DNA from: a virus
Length of the DNA: 64,000 nucleotides
Reading direction: 5' to 3' (one strand)
IMG/VR virus record: IMGVR_UViG_3300025620_000004
Span: 1-64,000 of that record
In this document: one piece after another, positions 56,395 to 64,000 of the stretch
How positions within the stretch are numbered: the first letter of the stretch is position 1
Layout of the letters: each line of letters opens with the position of its first letter
Position numbers and translations under genes: made by a program
The notes under the pieces: model-generated
The model's database searches: none
What the model saw: the letters and a program-made list of their open reading frames with translations, nothing else
Told to the model about the DNA's origin: nothing

Positions 56395-57744
56395 TTATAG
56401 ATCATCAATATCTTCGCCAGTCTTGTGCGAGGAATCATCTTTCTCTTTAGGAGTCATTGCAGTTTCTGGGCCAATCTTTAGGCTATCCCAGTCTACTTTA
56501 GAACTAAAAGAGTTCATAGAAGCAGATCGCATTTTTACACAGTTGAAAGTGATACACTCATCTTCATGATCCCAAGTTTCTAGGGCATAGGCGGCATCTG
56601 CCGCATCAAGAATACCTTTAGCGAATCGAGCTTCACCAGTTGCGTCTGTTTGATAGGGAGATATTACAGTACAGTCATACTCTTGTGCCATTGATTTCAA
56701 TGCTTTACTTACTTCAATCTGTTCAGTCCAATCGTACTGACCTCCACGAGAAGGTAGACTCGACCGCTTTACCTGATTAATATAGTCAACAATAATAACA
56801 CCAACATTCAGAGGTTTAACTTTTTTGTCAAGCTCTGCACGAATCTTGGAGAGAGTGAGAGATGCATCATACACTACGTCCAACTGCTGAGTCGGGAGAA
56901 GCTCGCAGGTGTTTTTTAGGGATGTATGCAACTTCTCAAAGTTACGATGTTGTCTATACTCCTTCAAGCGGTCTTGTCCATCAACATAACGACCTGCCCA
57001 CCACGTAGCAACTTTCTCCCACTCGGTAACACTCAGATTCTGAGTACGGAGGCGAGAAAAAGGAACTTCTGTAGCGATAGCACAGCATCGTTGAAGGATC
57101 GACCGACTATCCATCTCAATAGTGAAATACATAGCCGATCTACCTGAAGCGTAAACACTGGTTGCAATGTTTGCACAAATGACAGATTTACCAGCACCCC
57201 GTTTACCACCGAACATAACAAGATCTCTAGGAGAAAACTTTATGTCGTGGTCGTACTCTTCATTGAGTCCGAGGGCCATATACCTGGCTAAATCTTCTTC
57301 TGGCTCAAACAAGTCAATACGTTGCATACTTTCTTGTGGGTCTTCGAGATCAACCTTATCTTCAACGTCTAGGACGATCTGATGTAGGTGGTTTACTGAT
57401 TCCTGAGCATTTTCAAATGCAACAGAATTCTCAATATAATCTTCGAGTGAGTCCAGAATTTCTTTTTGAGTGTATTCGTTCTTCAGATACTCAAGAAGCA
57501 TCTGAGGGTCTGCATCGACCTCGACTGCTTCTACTGCGTAGAGTTTCTCTCGAGTAGCTGAATCACGAATCTCAAACTTTAGATCTTCAATCGTAGGCAT
57601 TCTATGGAACTCTTCGCAATGCTTATCAATAATCTTATACAGACTATGATACTCAGTTGCAAAGTACTGCTTGTGCGCTACACTCCAGGTCTGAAAGTCC
57701 TGTAGCGTAAGCACTTGCTTAATAAGCGCACTAGCGATGTTCAA
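56395..57744 (-). CDS. DnaB-like replicative helicase (T5 D6)
   Basis: GKRGAGKS, FTIEM, IVDYINQ, SPYQ; probable TTG start after GGGAG. Confidence 0.92.
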   Translation of the reverse strand: MNIASALIKQVLTLQDFQTWSVAHKQYFATEYHSLYKIIDKHCEEFHRMPTIEDLKFEIRDSATREKLYAVEAVEVDADPQMLLEYLKNEYTQKEILDSLEDYIENSVAFENAQESVNHLHQIVLDVEDKVDLEDPQESMQRIDLFEPEEDLARYMALGLNEEYDHDIKFSPRDLVMFGGKRGAGKSVICANIATSVYASGRSAMYFTIEMDSRSILQRCCAIATEVPFSRLRTQNLSVTEWEKVATWWAGRYVDGQDRLKEYRQHRNFEKLHTSLKNTCELLPTQQLDVVYDASLTLSKIRAELDKKVKPLNVGVIIVDYINQVKRSSLPSRGGQYDWTEQIEVSKALKSMAQEYDCTVISPYQTDATGEARFAKGILDAADAAYALETWDHEDECITFNCVKMRSASMNSFSSKVDWDSLKIGPETAMTPKEKDDSSHKTGEDIDDL

Positions 57745-57777
57745 TTGAAAGTCTCCCGATTTCAAATCTAAAATGTA

Positions 57778-57801
57778 GGGTAGACCCCGAAGAGCCTACC
57801 C
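57778..57801 (-). terminator. hairpin/terminator after D5
   Basis: GGGTAGGCTC-TTCG-GGGTCTACCC on minus, T-rich downstream. Confidence 0.6.
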
Positions 57802-57821
57802 TTAGTGTGTACTAAGAAGGA

Positions 57822-58547
57822 TTAAGCTGAAGCTTTTTCTTTCTTAGAAGCGCCATCATAGTCAGCGGCTGAAAGGCCACGACGAGTGAGCATAGTCTTA
57901 ACGCCACGGGCGGTCTTACCAATTTGCTCTGCGATAGCTTCGACAGTCTGGCTACCAATGTCAGCGATGTCAGCCAAAGGATCTTCTTTAGAGGAACCTT
58001 TAGTAACTTCCTGCTTAGGGATAGCGTCAATGTCGCCTGAACGAAGCAAGCTAAGAGCTTTACCACGAACAGAGTTTACTGAACGATCAAGAGCGTCAGC
58101 GATAGCTTCTACGAAAGCGCCATCGTTAACCATCTGAACGAAAGTAGCTTCTTCAGCTTCAGAGTACGTGCGTACAGCTTCAACTTTAGGAGCAGGCTTA
58201 ACGTGTCCAGTTAATTCCATAGACAAAATCTTGCCTTGGATTGACTTAGCTGAGAAAGCGCCATCTTCAAAGTGAGAAGCGATTTCAGCATAAGTGTAAG
58301 TGCCGCTGTTGTCAGAAACAAAAGCTGCAAGGGTAGCTTCTTGTGCATCAGTAAATGCGCGTGAAGCATTGGCAGAAGCCAACTCTACGTCGTAGCCCAT
58401 CTTGCGCAATTTGCTAGAGATAGAACGTGTAGAGGTTTCAAGCTGGTCTGCTGCTTCTGCAACAGTAGCTTGGGATACGGGGCTTTCGCCACCGACAAAA
58501 TCAGTGAGAGCAGTAGTACGCTCGTCAGTCCACTTAGGTAGTGCCAT
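57822..58547 (-). CDS. T5 D5-like DNA-binding transcription regulator
   Basis: Tandem HTH repeats: RSISSKLRKMG, KSIQGKILS, NSVRGKALS, RGVKTMLTRRG. Confidence 0.88.
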   Translation of the reverse strand: MALPKWTDERTTALTDFVGGESPVSQATVAEAADQLETSTRSISSKLRKMGYDVELASANASRAFTDAQEATLAAFVSDNSGTYTYAEIASHFEDGAFSAKSIQGKILSMELTGHVKPAPKVEAVRTYSEAEEATFVQMVNDGAFVEAIADALDRSVNSVRGKALSLLRSGDIDAIPKQEVTKGSSKEDPLADIADIGSQTVEAIAEQIGKTARGVKTMLTRRGLSAADYDGASKKEKASA

Positions 58548-58551
58548 GATA

Positions 58552-59301
58552 TTATTCTCCAATAAAATCTAAAAGGTTAGTTATGATTTGAACGCCAGCA
58601 TCTCTGGCCTTCTTAGTTTTAGCAGATTCAATTCCGCTTTCGTTTACCAGGATAGTGACATCCCTAGTCAAGCTTGTCTTGACTGCATAACCAAGCTCTT
58701 GTAGTTTGTTATGAGCCTCGGCTTTCGTTTTGTAACTATTCAGTTTACCACTGATACAAATCGTGCCGTGGGTTATGTTTGTTGTTTGATTCTTTTCAAA
58801 CTTAAAGCTAAAAGGTAGTAATGATACTTGGTAATACTCATTCTCAAGCCATTCGCACAAATTAGCAGTTGACTTCTCACCCAGTCCAGCCTGTCGGCAC
58901 ATATCGTAGTCTATATCTTCGATGTCTTCGCAGACTTTGGATAGCTTTTCCGATGCTGATTTACCAATGAGAGGTATACTAAATGCAGGTAGCAACACGT
59001 TAAGTGGAGCACCGCGAGAGCGTTGCAACTCATCTACTAACTTTACAGCAAGTCTCTCTGAGCCTAGTGACTCGGCAATATCTTCTACGCTTCTATCATA
59101 AAGTTCCTCTAGGGAGACAATATCTAGTTTAGCAATAGTAGCAGGGCCGAGACCTTTGATCTTCAGAGTCTTTGCAAAGTGTTCGATGAGTTTTGCAACT
59201 TTCTCACCACATTGTGGATTTCTACAATACAGAAGATGATTCACACTTTCTAACACCGAACTACAACTAGGGCAGTTTGTTGGGGCTTCGATAATGGTCA
59301 T
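58552..59301 (-). CDS. NAD-dependent DNA ligase, C-terminal subunit (Zn finger, HhH, BRCT)
   Basis: CPSC...CRNPQC, IKGLGP, ICISGK...SAKTKKA. Confidence 0.92.
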   Translation of the reverse strand: MTIIEAPTNCPSCSSVLESVNHLLYCRNPQCGEKVAKLIEHFAKTLKIKGLGPATIAKLDIVSLEELYDRSVEDIAESLGSERLAVKLVDELQRSRGAPLNVLLPAFSIPLIGKSASEKLSKVCEDIEDIDYDMCRQAGLGEKSTANLCEWLENEYYQVSLLPFSFKFEKNQTTNITHGTICISGKLNSYKTKAEAHNKLQELGYAVKTSLTRDVTILVNESGIESAKTKKARDAGVQIITNLLDFIGE

Positions 59302-59327
59302 CGTGATTCCTCTGAAATTGAAATAGT

Positions 59328-59356
59328 ATTATACGGACTTTTAAGGTTTCTGTCAA
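59328..59356 (-). promoter_or_regulatory. early-region sigma70 promoter between ligase subunits
   Basis: AAAAAAATAATTC-TTGACA-17-TATAAT. Confidence 0.85.
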
Positions 59357-59380
59357 GAATTATTTTTTTGCAGGTAGCAA

Positions 59381-60301
59381 TCAATCTAATCTCCTGACAA
59401 TCCGAGGTATGATCTCGCCAGAGCGGATAACCTCTACCTTACAACCTATCTCAAGATCAAGGTCGCGTATGTACTCAATATTGTGCAGAGTTGCTCTCGA
59501 TACCGTAGCATCTCCCACGACCACAGGGTCGAGAATAGCCACTGGACTTACAACTCCGCTCTTACCCAACTGCCATACTACATCCAACAGCGTGGTCTCC
59601 ACTCCAGACACCTGCTCTTTCAGAGCAAAAGCACCTCGTGGGTGTTTAGCGGTGTAACCTAACGCATCGAACTTTGCATTTGACTTGAGACGATATACTT
59701 TGCCATCCTGAGGATAGGCATCTGCTTTAAAGCGAGTAACCACATTTAGACCCATCTTATGCAATAGCTCAAGAGCACAAGCATAATTAGAAGTCCAACT
59801 TGGTGTAACATCGTATGCTACAAATACTAAGGGACGAGTTTTAAACTCTTCTAAATCATTAAGACCTAGCGACCCCGAAGCAAAATTACGAGAATTAGGT
59901 ACACTACTTGGAGCAACAACTTCGCCAGTAATCTGCATGAGTCCAGTATCATTGCACTCATTAGGAACTAACTGACGCATCTTATCTGTAATATCACGAC
60001 CCTGAATGCCGTCTCCACGAGTGAGAGCGAGTTCAAGGTTGCCGTCAACATATAGAAGAGATACTGCCGCACCATCTAACTTAGGGGTAACAATACATTC
60101 ATCAATAGGCAGAGGAGCATCGTTGATGTCAAAGCACTTCTGAAGAGAGTACATCTGGTACGCGTGCTTTACGGCATCTGTAACAGTGTAACCCACTTTA
60201 GTATAGTTGTGCTTAGCTGCTAGAAGATCGAACTCCGCATCAGAGATAGCGGGAGTACCTTCATAGTACAACTGACTCATTCTGTCTAAAAAGCTCTGCA
60301 T
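59381..60301 (-). CDS. NAD-dependent DNA ligase, adenylation/OB subunit
   Basis: YYEGTPAISDAEFD, MYSL, PKLDG, LTRGDG, RATLHN, RSGEIIP. Confidence 0.95.
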   Translation of the reverse strand: MQSFLDRMSQLYYEGTPAISDAEFDLLAAKHNYTKVGYTVTDAVKHAYQMYSLQKCFDINDAPLPIDECIVTPKLDGAAVSLLYVDGNLELALTRGDGIQGRDITDKMRQLVPNECNDTGLMQITGEVVAPSSVPNSRNFASGSLGLNDLEEFKTRPLVFVAYDVTPSWTSNYACALELLHKMGLNVVTRFKADAYPQDGKVYRLKSNAKFDALGYTAKHPRGAFALKEQVSGVETTLLDVVWQLGKSGVVSPVAILDPVVVGDATVSRATLHNIEYIRDLDLEIGCKVEVIRSGEIIPRIVRRLD

Positions 60302-60326
60302 GGTATTCTCCTAAATAAGAAAGTAT

Positions 60327-60355
60327 ATTATACGGAACTTCAGCAAGATTGTCAA
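60327..60355 (-). promoter_or_regulatory. early-region sigma70 promoter
   Basis: AAATAGTTC-TTGACA-17-TATAAT. Confidence 0.85.
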
Positions 60356-60358
60356 GAA

Positions 60359-60658
60359 CTATTTATACATATCCTGAATTAGATCTGAAAAGTGTTCTTC
60401 GATCAAACTTTTTGATTCTGCAAGAGATAGTATCTCTACTAACCCTGCGAACATCTCTCTTGAGTTGGAGAGATCTAAAGGCATTGCAACTCCTTCTGGG
60501 GTAGGTTTCCACTCCTCGTCAAAGTCCATATAGTATTTACGCAAGTGCATATACTCTACGTCTCTGAACGTATTTATGGTAAGTCTTATCTGTACTTCTT
60601 TTACTTTATCATAGTGTATAACACGAGAGTATGCTTCAGGAGCTTGGTGTAAGTCCAT
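60359..60658 (-). CDS. PC4/p15-like ssDNA-binding protein
   Basis: LTINTFRDVEYMHLRKYY......WKPTPEGV. Confidence 0.82.
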   Translation of the reverse strand: MDLHQAPEAYSRVIHYDKVKEVQIRLTINTFRDVEYMHLRKYYMDFDEEWKPTPEGVAMPLDLSNSREMFAGLVEILSLAESKSLIEEHFSDLIQDMYK

Positions 60659-60930
60659 TATCGCCTACCTTCATTCTTGAGAATGGAGGACAGCGGGACT
60701 ACACTAGACACATTCGCAGGTCTGAGTAATCGGTATGAGTCAGTATCCCAACAGAAGAAAAGAAGAGTGTCGTCAGTTTCCTTGGCTCTATTCTTCTTTT
60801 TCTGGATATAGGGAGTTGTGAAGTCTAATGTACAAACATTGTACTTTAGCTTTTTGGAGTGTTCGCTACGATAAGTAATAACGGCATCCCCATAGTCGTG
60901 CACTAATCGTGCCAGTTCTTGCTTTTTCAC
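60658..60930 (-). CDS. conserved T5-like hypothetical protein
   Basis: GTG start after AAGGAG; CTLDF..PYI, FCWDTDSYR, VVPLS.IL. Confidence 0.75.
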   Translation of the reverse strand: MKKQELARLVHDYGDAVITYRSEHSKKLKYNVCTLDFTTPYIQKKKNRAKETDDTLLFFCWDTDSYRLLRPANVSSVVPLSSILKNEGRR

Positions 60931-61005
60931 TTTAGCTCCTTGGTAGTAATTCAGCAATCTTTATTGTGAATCTACTTACTGCGAGGTGCTTTTGTTAGGT
61001 ACAAG

Positions 61006-61035
61006 AAAACCCCGCTAGACGAATCTAGCAGGGTA
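61006..61035 (-). terminator. intrinsic terminator after D3
   Basis: CCCTGCTAGA-TTCG-TCTAGCGGGG-TTTT on minus. Confidence 0.8.
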
Positions 61036-61041
61036 TCGGAC

Positions 61042-61485
61042 TTATGCTTCGTTAATAGCTACTAAAATCGAAGTAAAGTACTGAGATGCTTTACCAGTAA
61101 GTTTGGCAATAATCTCTTCATCTACAGGCTGTCCGGCATCGCTAAGAGCTGCAATGAGCGCCTCAGCTGCTGCTGCTTTAGATACTCGCGTACCTCCACC
61201 TGTAGCTCCACCGCTAGCTTTAGCGGCAGGGGTTTTCTTAACATAAACGCCAGCTTTTGTTAAGATCATACGAACACCATTAGGTGACTCGTCTAATTCT
61301 TCTGCAATGTCTTTTACGATCTCCATGCTGGTTTCTGGAGTTGGTTCTGCTTCTTCATACAGGCTTACTGCCTGTGCTTTTTTGTCGTCGTCCCAAGCCA
61401 CTTTTCGTGTCCTCTTGTTAGGGTTTTTGTTTCCTGGGCAATCGCCCAGAGCTTGTAGTTGTTGAGTATAGAATCGGTCGCCCAA
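61042..61485 (-). CDS. T5 D3-like DNA-binding protein
   Basis: AW......AV.LY...SMEIV..IAEE...SPNGVRMILTKAGVYVKK...RVSKA; two candidate starts (TTG 61485, GTG 61401). Confidence 0.85.
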   Translation of the reverse strand: MGDRFYTQQLQALGDCPGNKNPNKRTRKVAWDDDKKAQAVSLYEEAEPTPETSMEIVKDIAEELDESPNGVRMILTKAGVYVKKTPAAKASGGATGGGTRVSKAAAAEALIAALSDAGQPVDEEIIAKLTGKASQYFTSILVAINEA

Positions 61486-61511
61486 TGGTATTCTCCTAAA
61501 TTTGAAATGAT

Positions 61512-61541
61512 ATTATACGCGGATTTTAACCATCTTGTCAA
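61512..61541 (-). promoter_or_regulatory. early-region sigma70 promoter
   Basis: AAAAAAATAATTC-TTGACA-18-TATAAT. Confidence 0.8.
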
Positions 61542-61544
61542 GAA

Positions 61545-61925
61545 TTATTTTTTCTTATCTCTTACATTTTGTACGGCACTTTTTATTGCGTCTTCTGCTA
61601 ATACTGAGCAGTGTATCTTTACGGGTGGCAAGGCTAACTCTTCTGCTATCTGAGTATTCTTGAGCAACTCTGCCTCGCCTAAAGTCTTTCCTTTTACCCA
61701 TTCGGTGAGTAGAGACGAAGAAGCTATAGCCGACCCACATCCATAAGTTTTAAACTTTGCATTTACTATAACATCATTCTCGTCTACCTGTATCTGTAGA
61801 CGCATAACATCTCCACAGGCAGGAGCTCCTACCATTCCTGTACCTACTAAAGGATTACTATCATCTAGTATTCCTACGTTTCTAGGGTTTTCGTAGTGGT
61901 CTATTACTTTTTCACTATATGCCAT
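61545..61925 (-). CDS. iscU: Fe-S cluster scaffold protein IscU
   Basis: MAYSEKVIDHYENPRNVG, GAPACGDVM, KTYGCGSAIASSS, LPPVKIHCSVLAEDAI. Confidence 0.97.
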   Translation of the reverse strand: MAYSEKVIDHYENPRNVGILDDSNPLVGTGMVGAPACGDVMRLQIQVDENDVIVNAKFKTYGCGSAIASSSLLTEWVKGKTLGEAELLKNTQIAEELALPPVKIHCSVLAEDAIKSAVQNVRDKKK

Positions 61926-61926
61926 A

Positions 61927-62643
61927 TTATAATCTCTCTAGGTTTACTCCGTACTTTTGTAGATGCTCTAGCTTACACAACTCGTAAGCAGGTGCATACG
62001 CAGAGAAACCGCCTTGTGTCACATTCGAAAAGAAGTTATCATCGTCTTGTACTTTTTGTCGAACATACACTGAGTATGCAGGACAGCCATATTTCTTTTC
62101 ATAATCAACCATAGCCATACCTTTTTTAGTAGCAAGGTACTCAGCTGTTAGTCTATGTTTTACTTCTACTGCCGCATGATAAGTGGCAGACCATGCAATC
62201 TCACCCTCTGCAAAGTCGTCAGACATACACTCGTCAGGGTAGTAGTGTGCAGTTAGTCTTTCGTCTTTTCCTGCGGGTCTTTGCGGGACTCCAACTCTTT
62301 CAAGAAGAGATCGTACAAAGGAAGCACTTCTGAAGAGGAGCTTTGAGATATCTGTGATAGTATCTCCTCCGAGGTAGTTTTCGCACGCAAGAGCGATCTC
62401 TGCATCACTCGCAGGACGGCCTCGCAGACCTTGTTTACGCTTTTTAACATACGCTTTCGTCTCCTCATAATCCTCGATAATCTTAGTTAGCCTAGTTGTA
62501 TTATAGGCTATGTTAAGAATATCACACGCTTCCTTCTTTGTTATAGGTTTTTCCGAAGAACTGGGGTTTAGCAGCATAATAACTTTCTGGATGTTTGCTG
62601 CTGACAGGTTCTCGTAACTTTTCTTCTTTACTCTCTTCGCCAT
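61927..62643 (-). CDS. T5 D2-like DNA-binding protein
   Basis: TKKEACDIL, YLGGD.I.DIS..LFRS..FV.SLLER.G; synteny with D3. Confidence 0.82.
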   Translation of the reverse strand: MAKRVKKKSYENLSAANIQKVIMLLNPSSSEKPITKKEACDILNIAYNTTRLTKIIEDYEETKAYVKKRKQGLRGRPASDAEIALACENYLGGDTITDISKLLFRSASFVRSLLERVGVPQRPAGKDERLTAHYYPDECMSDDFAEGEIAWSATYHAAVEVKHRLTAEYLATKKGMAMVDYEKKYGCPAYSVYVRQKVQDDDNFFSNVTQGGFSAYAPAYELCKLEHLQKYGVNLERL

Positions 62644-62947
62644 TCTCTAACTCCAATTCTAGTTTAAACATCAAGCAGCAAATAGCGTGTGCTAGATGTG
62701 ATAAATTTGTTTCTGGATCTTGTAGTTCTCCGTCCAGATGGGAGAATATGTGCCGTAGTGCACCGCCGCTGTATCTATTCTGTGCATCTTCTAGTTTACG
62801 CCAGTTTTCTTCATCGTACTTGGCCGCACCAAAAGTCAGTACTTTTGCTACTTCTACTGTAGCTTTGGGAGGCAGGAGATACATCTTCGGCTTTTCACTA
62901 TCAAACTTTCTGCCTACCATACCTTTCAAGTCCTTGATATCAGTCAT
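62522..62947 (-). CDS. dATP/dGTP diphosphohydrolase (DUF5664-type)
   Basis: KFDSEKP...LLP, VAKVLTFGAAKY..ENW, ALRH, DPETNLSHLAHA.CC. Confidence 0.85.
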   Translation of the reverse strand: MTDIKDLKGMVGRKFDSEKPKMYLLPPKATVEVAKVLTFGAAKYDEENWRKLEDAQNRYSGGALRHIFSHLDGELQDPETNLSHLAHAICCLMFKLELELENGEESKEEKLREPVSSKHPESYYAAKPQFFGKTYNKEGSV

Positions 62948-63587
62948 GTACAAAGTCCTTAATCAGAGGAAACATTGGATTAATCTCATAAGCACAGGCT
63001 CGTGCAATATCCATATGCTCTTTCTGAGTACCAGGAGTTGTACGCACATCAATGAAGTGAATCCACGATCGTACTGTTCCGTGCATATACAAACGAGTCT
63101 TTGTCAGACCTTCGGGAAGTACAGTTCTTGCCTGCTCTTTTGCAATACCATGTTCGATTGCCCACTTATAAACATTAGACGCAGTATCAATAACTCGTTT
63201 CTGTTGAGCAATCCAATGCTGCTGTAGTAATGCATCATCAGTTTCAATACTGTTCTGACGATTCTTTGTATCCTGTAGACGAGTTTCTCGTAGTTCATAT
63301 GGCCACCCTTCTAATGCCGCAGGGTCGGCATAGCGTTGGCTAAACTCCTGAAAAGCAAAACTACGATGGCGTACTATCTGGTGAGCGATGTCACGAGTAG
63401 TGTTGATCTCCATAGTAATACCACACATCTCAAAAGGAGACCAGTGTTTATGCTTGATTAGATACTCTACTAGCTTACGAGAAGTAAGTTCATTACTCTG
63501 ATTAGCTGGGTTAGACACTCTAGCCATGTATGCAATATCTGCAATTAAATCAGGCGAAGATGTCGATATAAGTTTTACGTTGCTCAT
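62940..63587 (-). CDS. thyX: flavin-dependent thymidylate synthase
   Basis: HWSPFE, QIVRHRSFAFQEFSQRY, EQAR.VLP, Q.EH. Confidence 0.95.
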   Translation of the reverse strand: MSNVKLISTSSPDLIADIAYMARVSNPANQSNELTSRKLVEYLIKHKHWSPFEMCGITMEINTTRDIAHQIVRHRSFAFQEFSQRYADPAALEGWPYELRETRLQDTKNRQNSIETDDALLQQHWIAQQKRVIDTASNVYKWAIEHGIAKEQARTVLPEGLTKTRLYMHGTVRSWIHFIDVRTTPGTQKEHMDIARACAYEINPMFPLIKDFVHD

Positions 63588-64000
63588 TTGGCGGTGATCC
63601 TTTTGTCGTAGTCTGCATAGTCCTCATTCCACCAGTCAGGTTTCGCTCTATGCGACCAGGTGGCGAAGGTGGCTTTATCCAGATGGTAGTAGTCCCTGTA
63701 AGATTGTATAGGGTTGTCATAGTCTTTAAGTTCATCAGGCATTGCTAGTCCGAATTGTGTGAATCCTCGTCGTGGTAGATTCCGTGGCTCTGGTAGCTTG
63801 TTAACCACTTCCACAATCGACTTGTGTTGTTTCGCATAGCGGTAGTGATATTCATCATTAAGAGCGTTACCATAACAGTGTGTCCATTCAAAATTGTCTA
63901 GAGATGAGCGTACCCAAATAGTGCAAGGGTGGTTGTACATCATCGGTAGATACGGGGTTAGGGGTCGTTCTTCCATTGGAAGATGTTTAATGTCTTTCTT
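63584..64000 (-). CDS. pyrimidine-dimer DNA glycosylase/endonuclease V-like protein (5' end outside window)
   Basis: NHPCTIWVR, EY.YRY...HKS, LAMPDE, SYRDYY...K, PDWW. Confidence 0.75.
   Translation of the reverse strand, partial: KKDIKHLPMEERPLTPYLPMMYNHPCTIWVRSSLDNFEWTHCYGNALNDEYHYRYAKQHKSIVEVVNKLPEPRNLPRRGFTQFGLAMPDELKDYDNPIQSYRDYYHLDKATFATWSHRAKPDWWNEDYADYDKRITAK

Noticed and set aside
58552-60301. Split NAD ligase as a pseudogene or intron/intein case
   Set aside because: A two-gene ligase is a known T5-family trait; both halves are intact and have their own RBS.
1-64000. Prophage or integration features, tRNA cluster, alternative genetic code
   Set aside because: No integrase, att site or repressor seen; no cloverleaf recognised by eye in the short intergenic gaps; genes are full-length in the standard code and TAA, TAG and TGA all act as stops.

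Overview
The window is about 64 kb of a lytic T5-like (Demerecviridae-type) siphophage genome, probably infecting a marine gammaproteobacterium (inferred from a gamma-type IscU, sigma70 promoters and a Pho box). Layout: (i) 1-1900, minus-strand pre-early-like genes (DEDDh exonuclease, HAD phosphatase, A2-like protein); (ii) 2030-5810, a Pho-box-driven small beta-barrel gene and a cassette of six envelope-targeted proteins; (iii) 5861-41601, plus-strand late genes: T5-type terminase, nickase, portal, fused protease-capsid, neck, tail tube, frameshifted chaperones, tape measure, a lambda-type M/L/K/I/J tail tip, and a fibre operon ending in a 1408-aa Thr-rich protein plus two glycosyltransferase-like genes; (iv) 41616-64000, the minus-strand T5-type replication block (NrdJ, D15-D10, PolA, primase, D6, D5, split NAD ligase, D3, D2) with auxiliary genes (radical SAM, SDR, PhoH, IscU, dATP/dGTP diphosphohydrolase, ThyX). 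The standout observation is the 1408-aa Thr-rich protein. It looks like a low-complexity mucin but is a self-complementary 'protein palindrome': aromatic residues on one arm face Arg/Lys on the other at constant i+j=1430 over about 650 residues per arm with no register shift. This implies a giant antiparallel beta-hairpin zipped by a two-letter cation-pi code, possibly glycosylated by the adjacent enzymes. All family assignments are from motif recognition and recall; no database searches were run. No tRNA, rRNA, CRISPR array or integrase was recognised.
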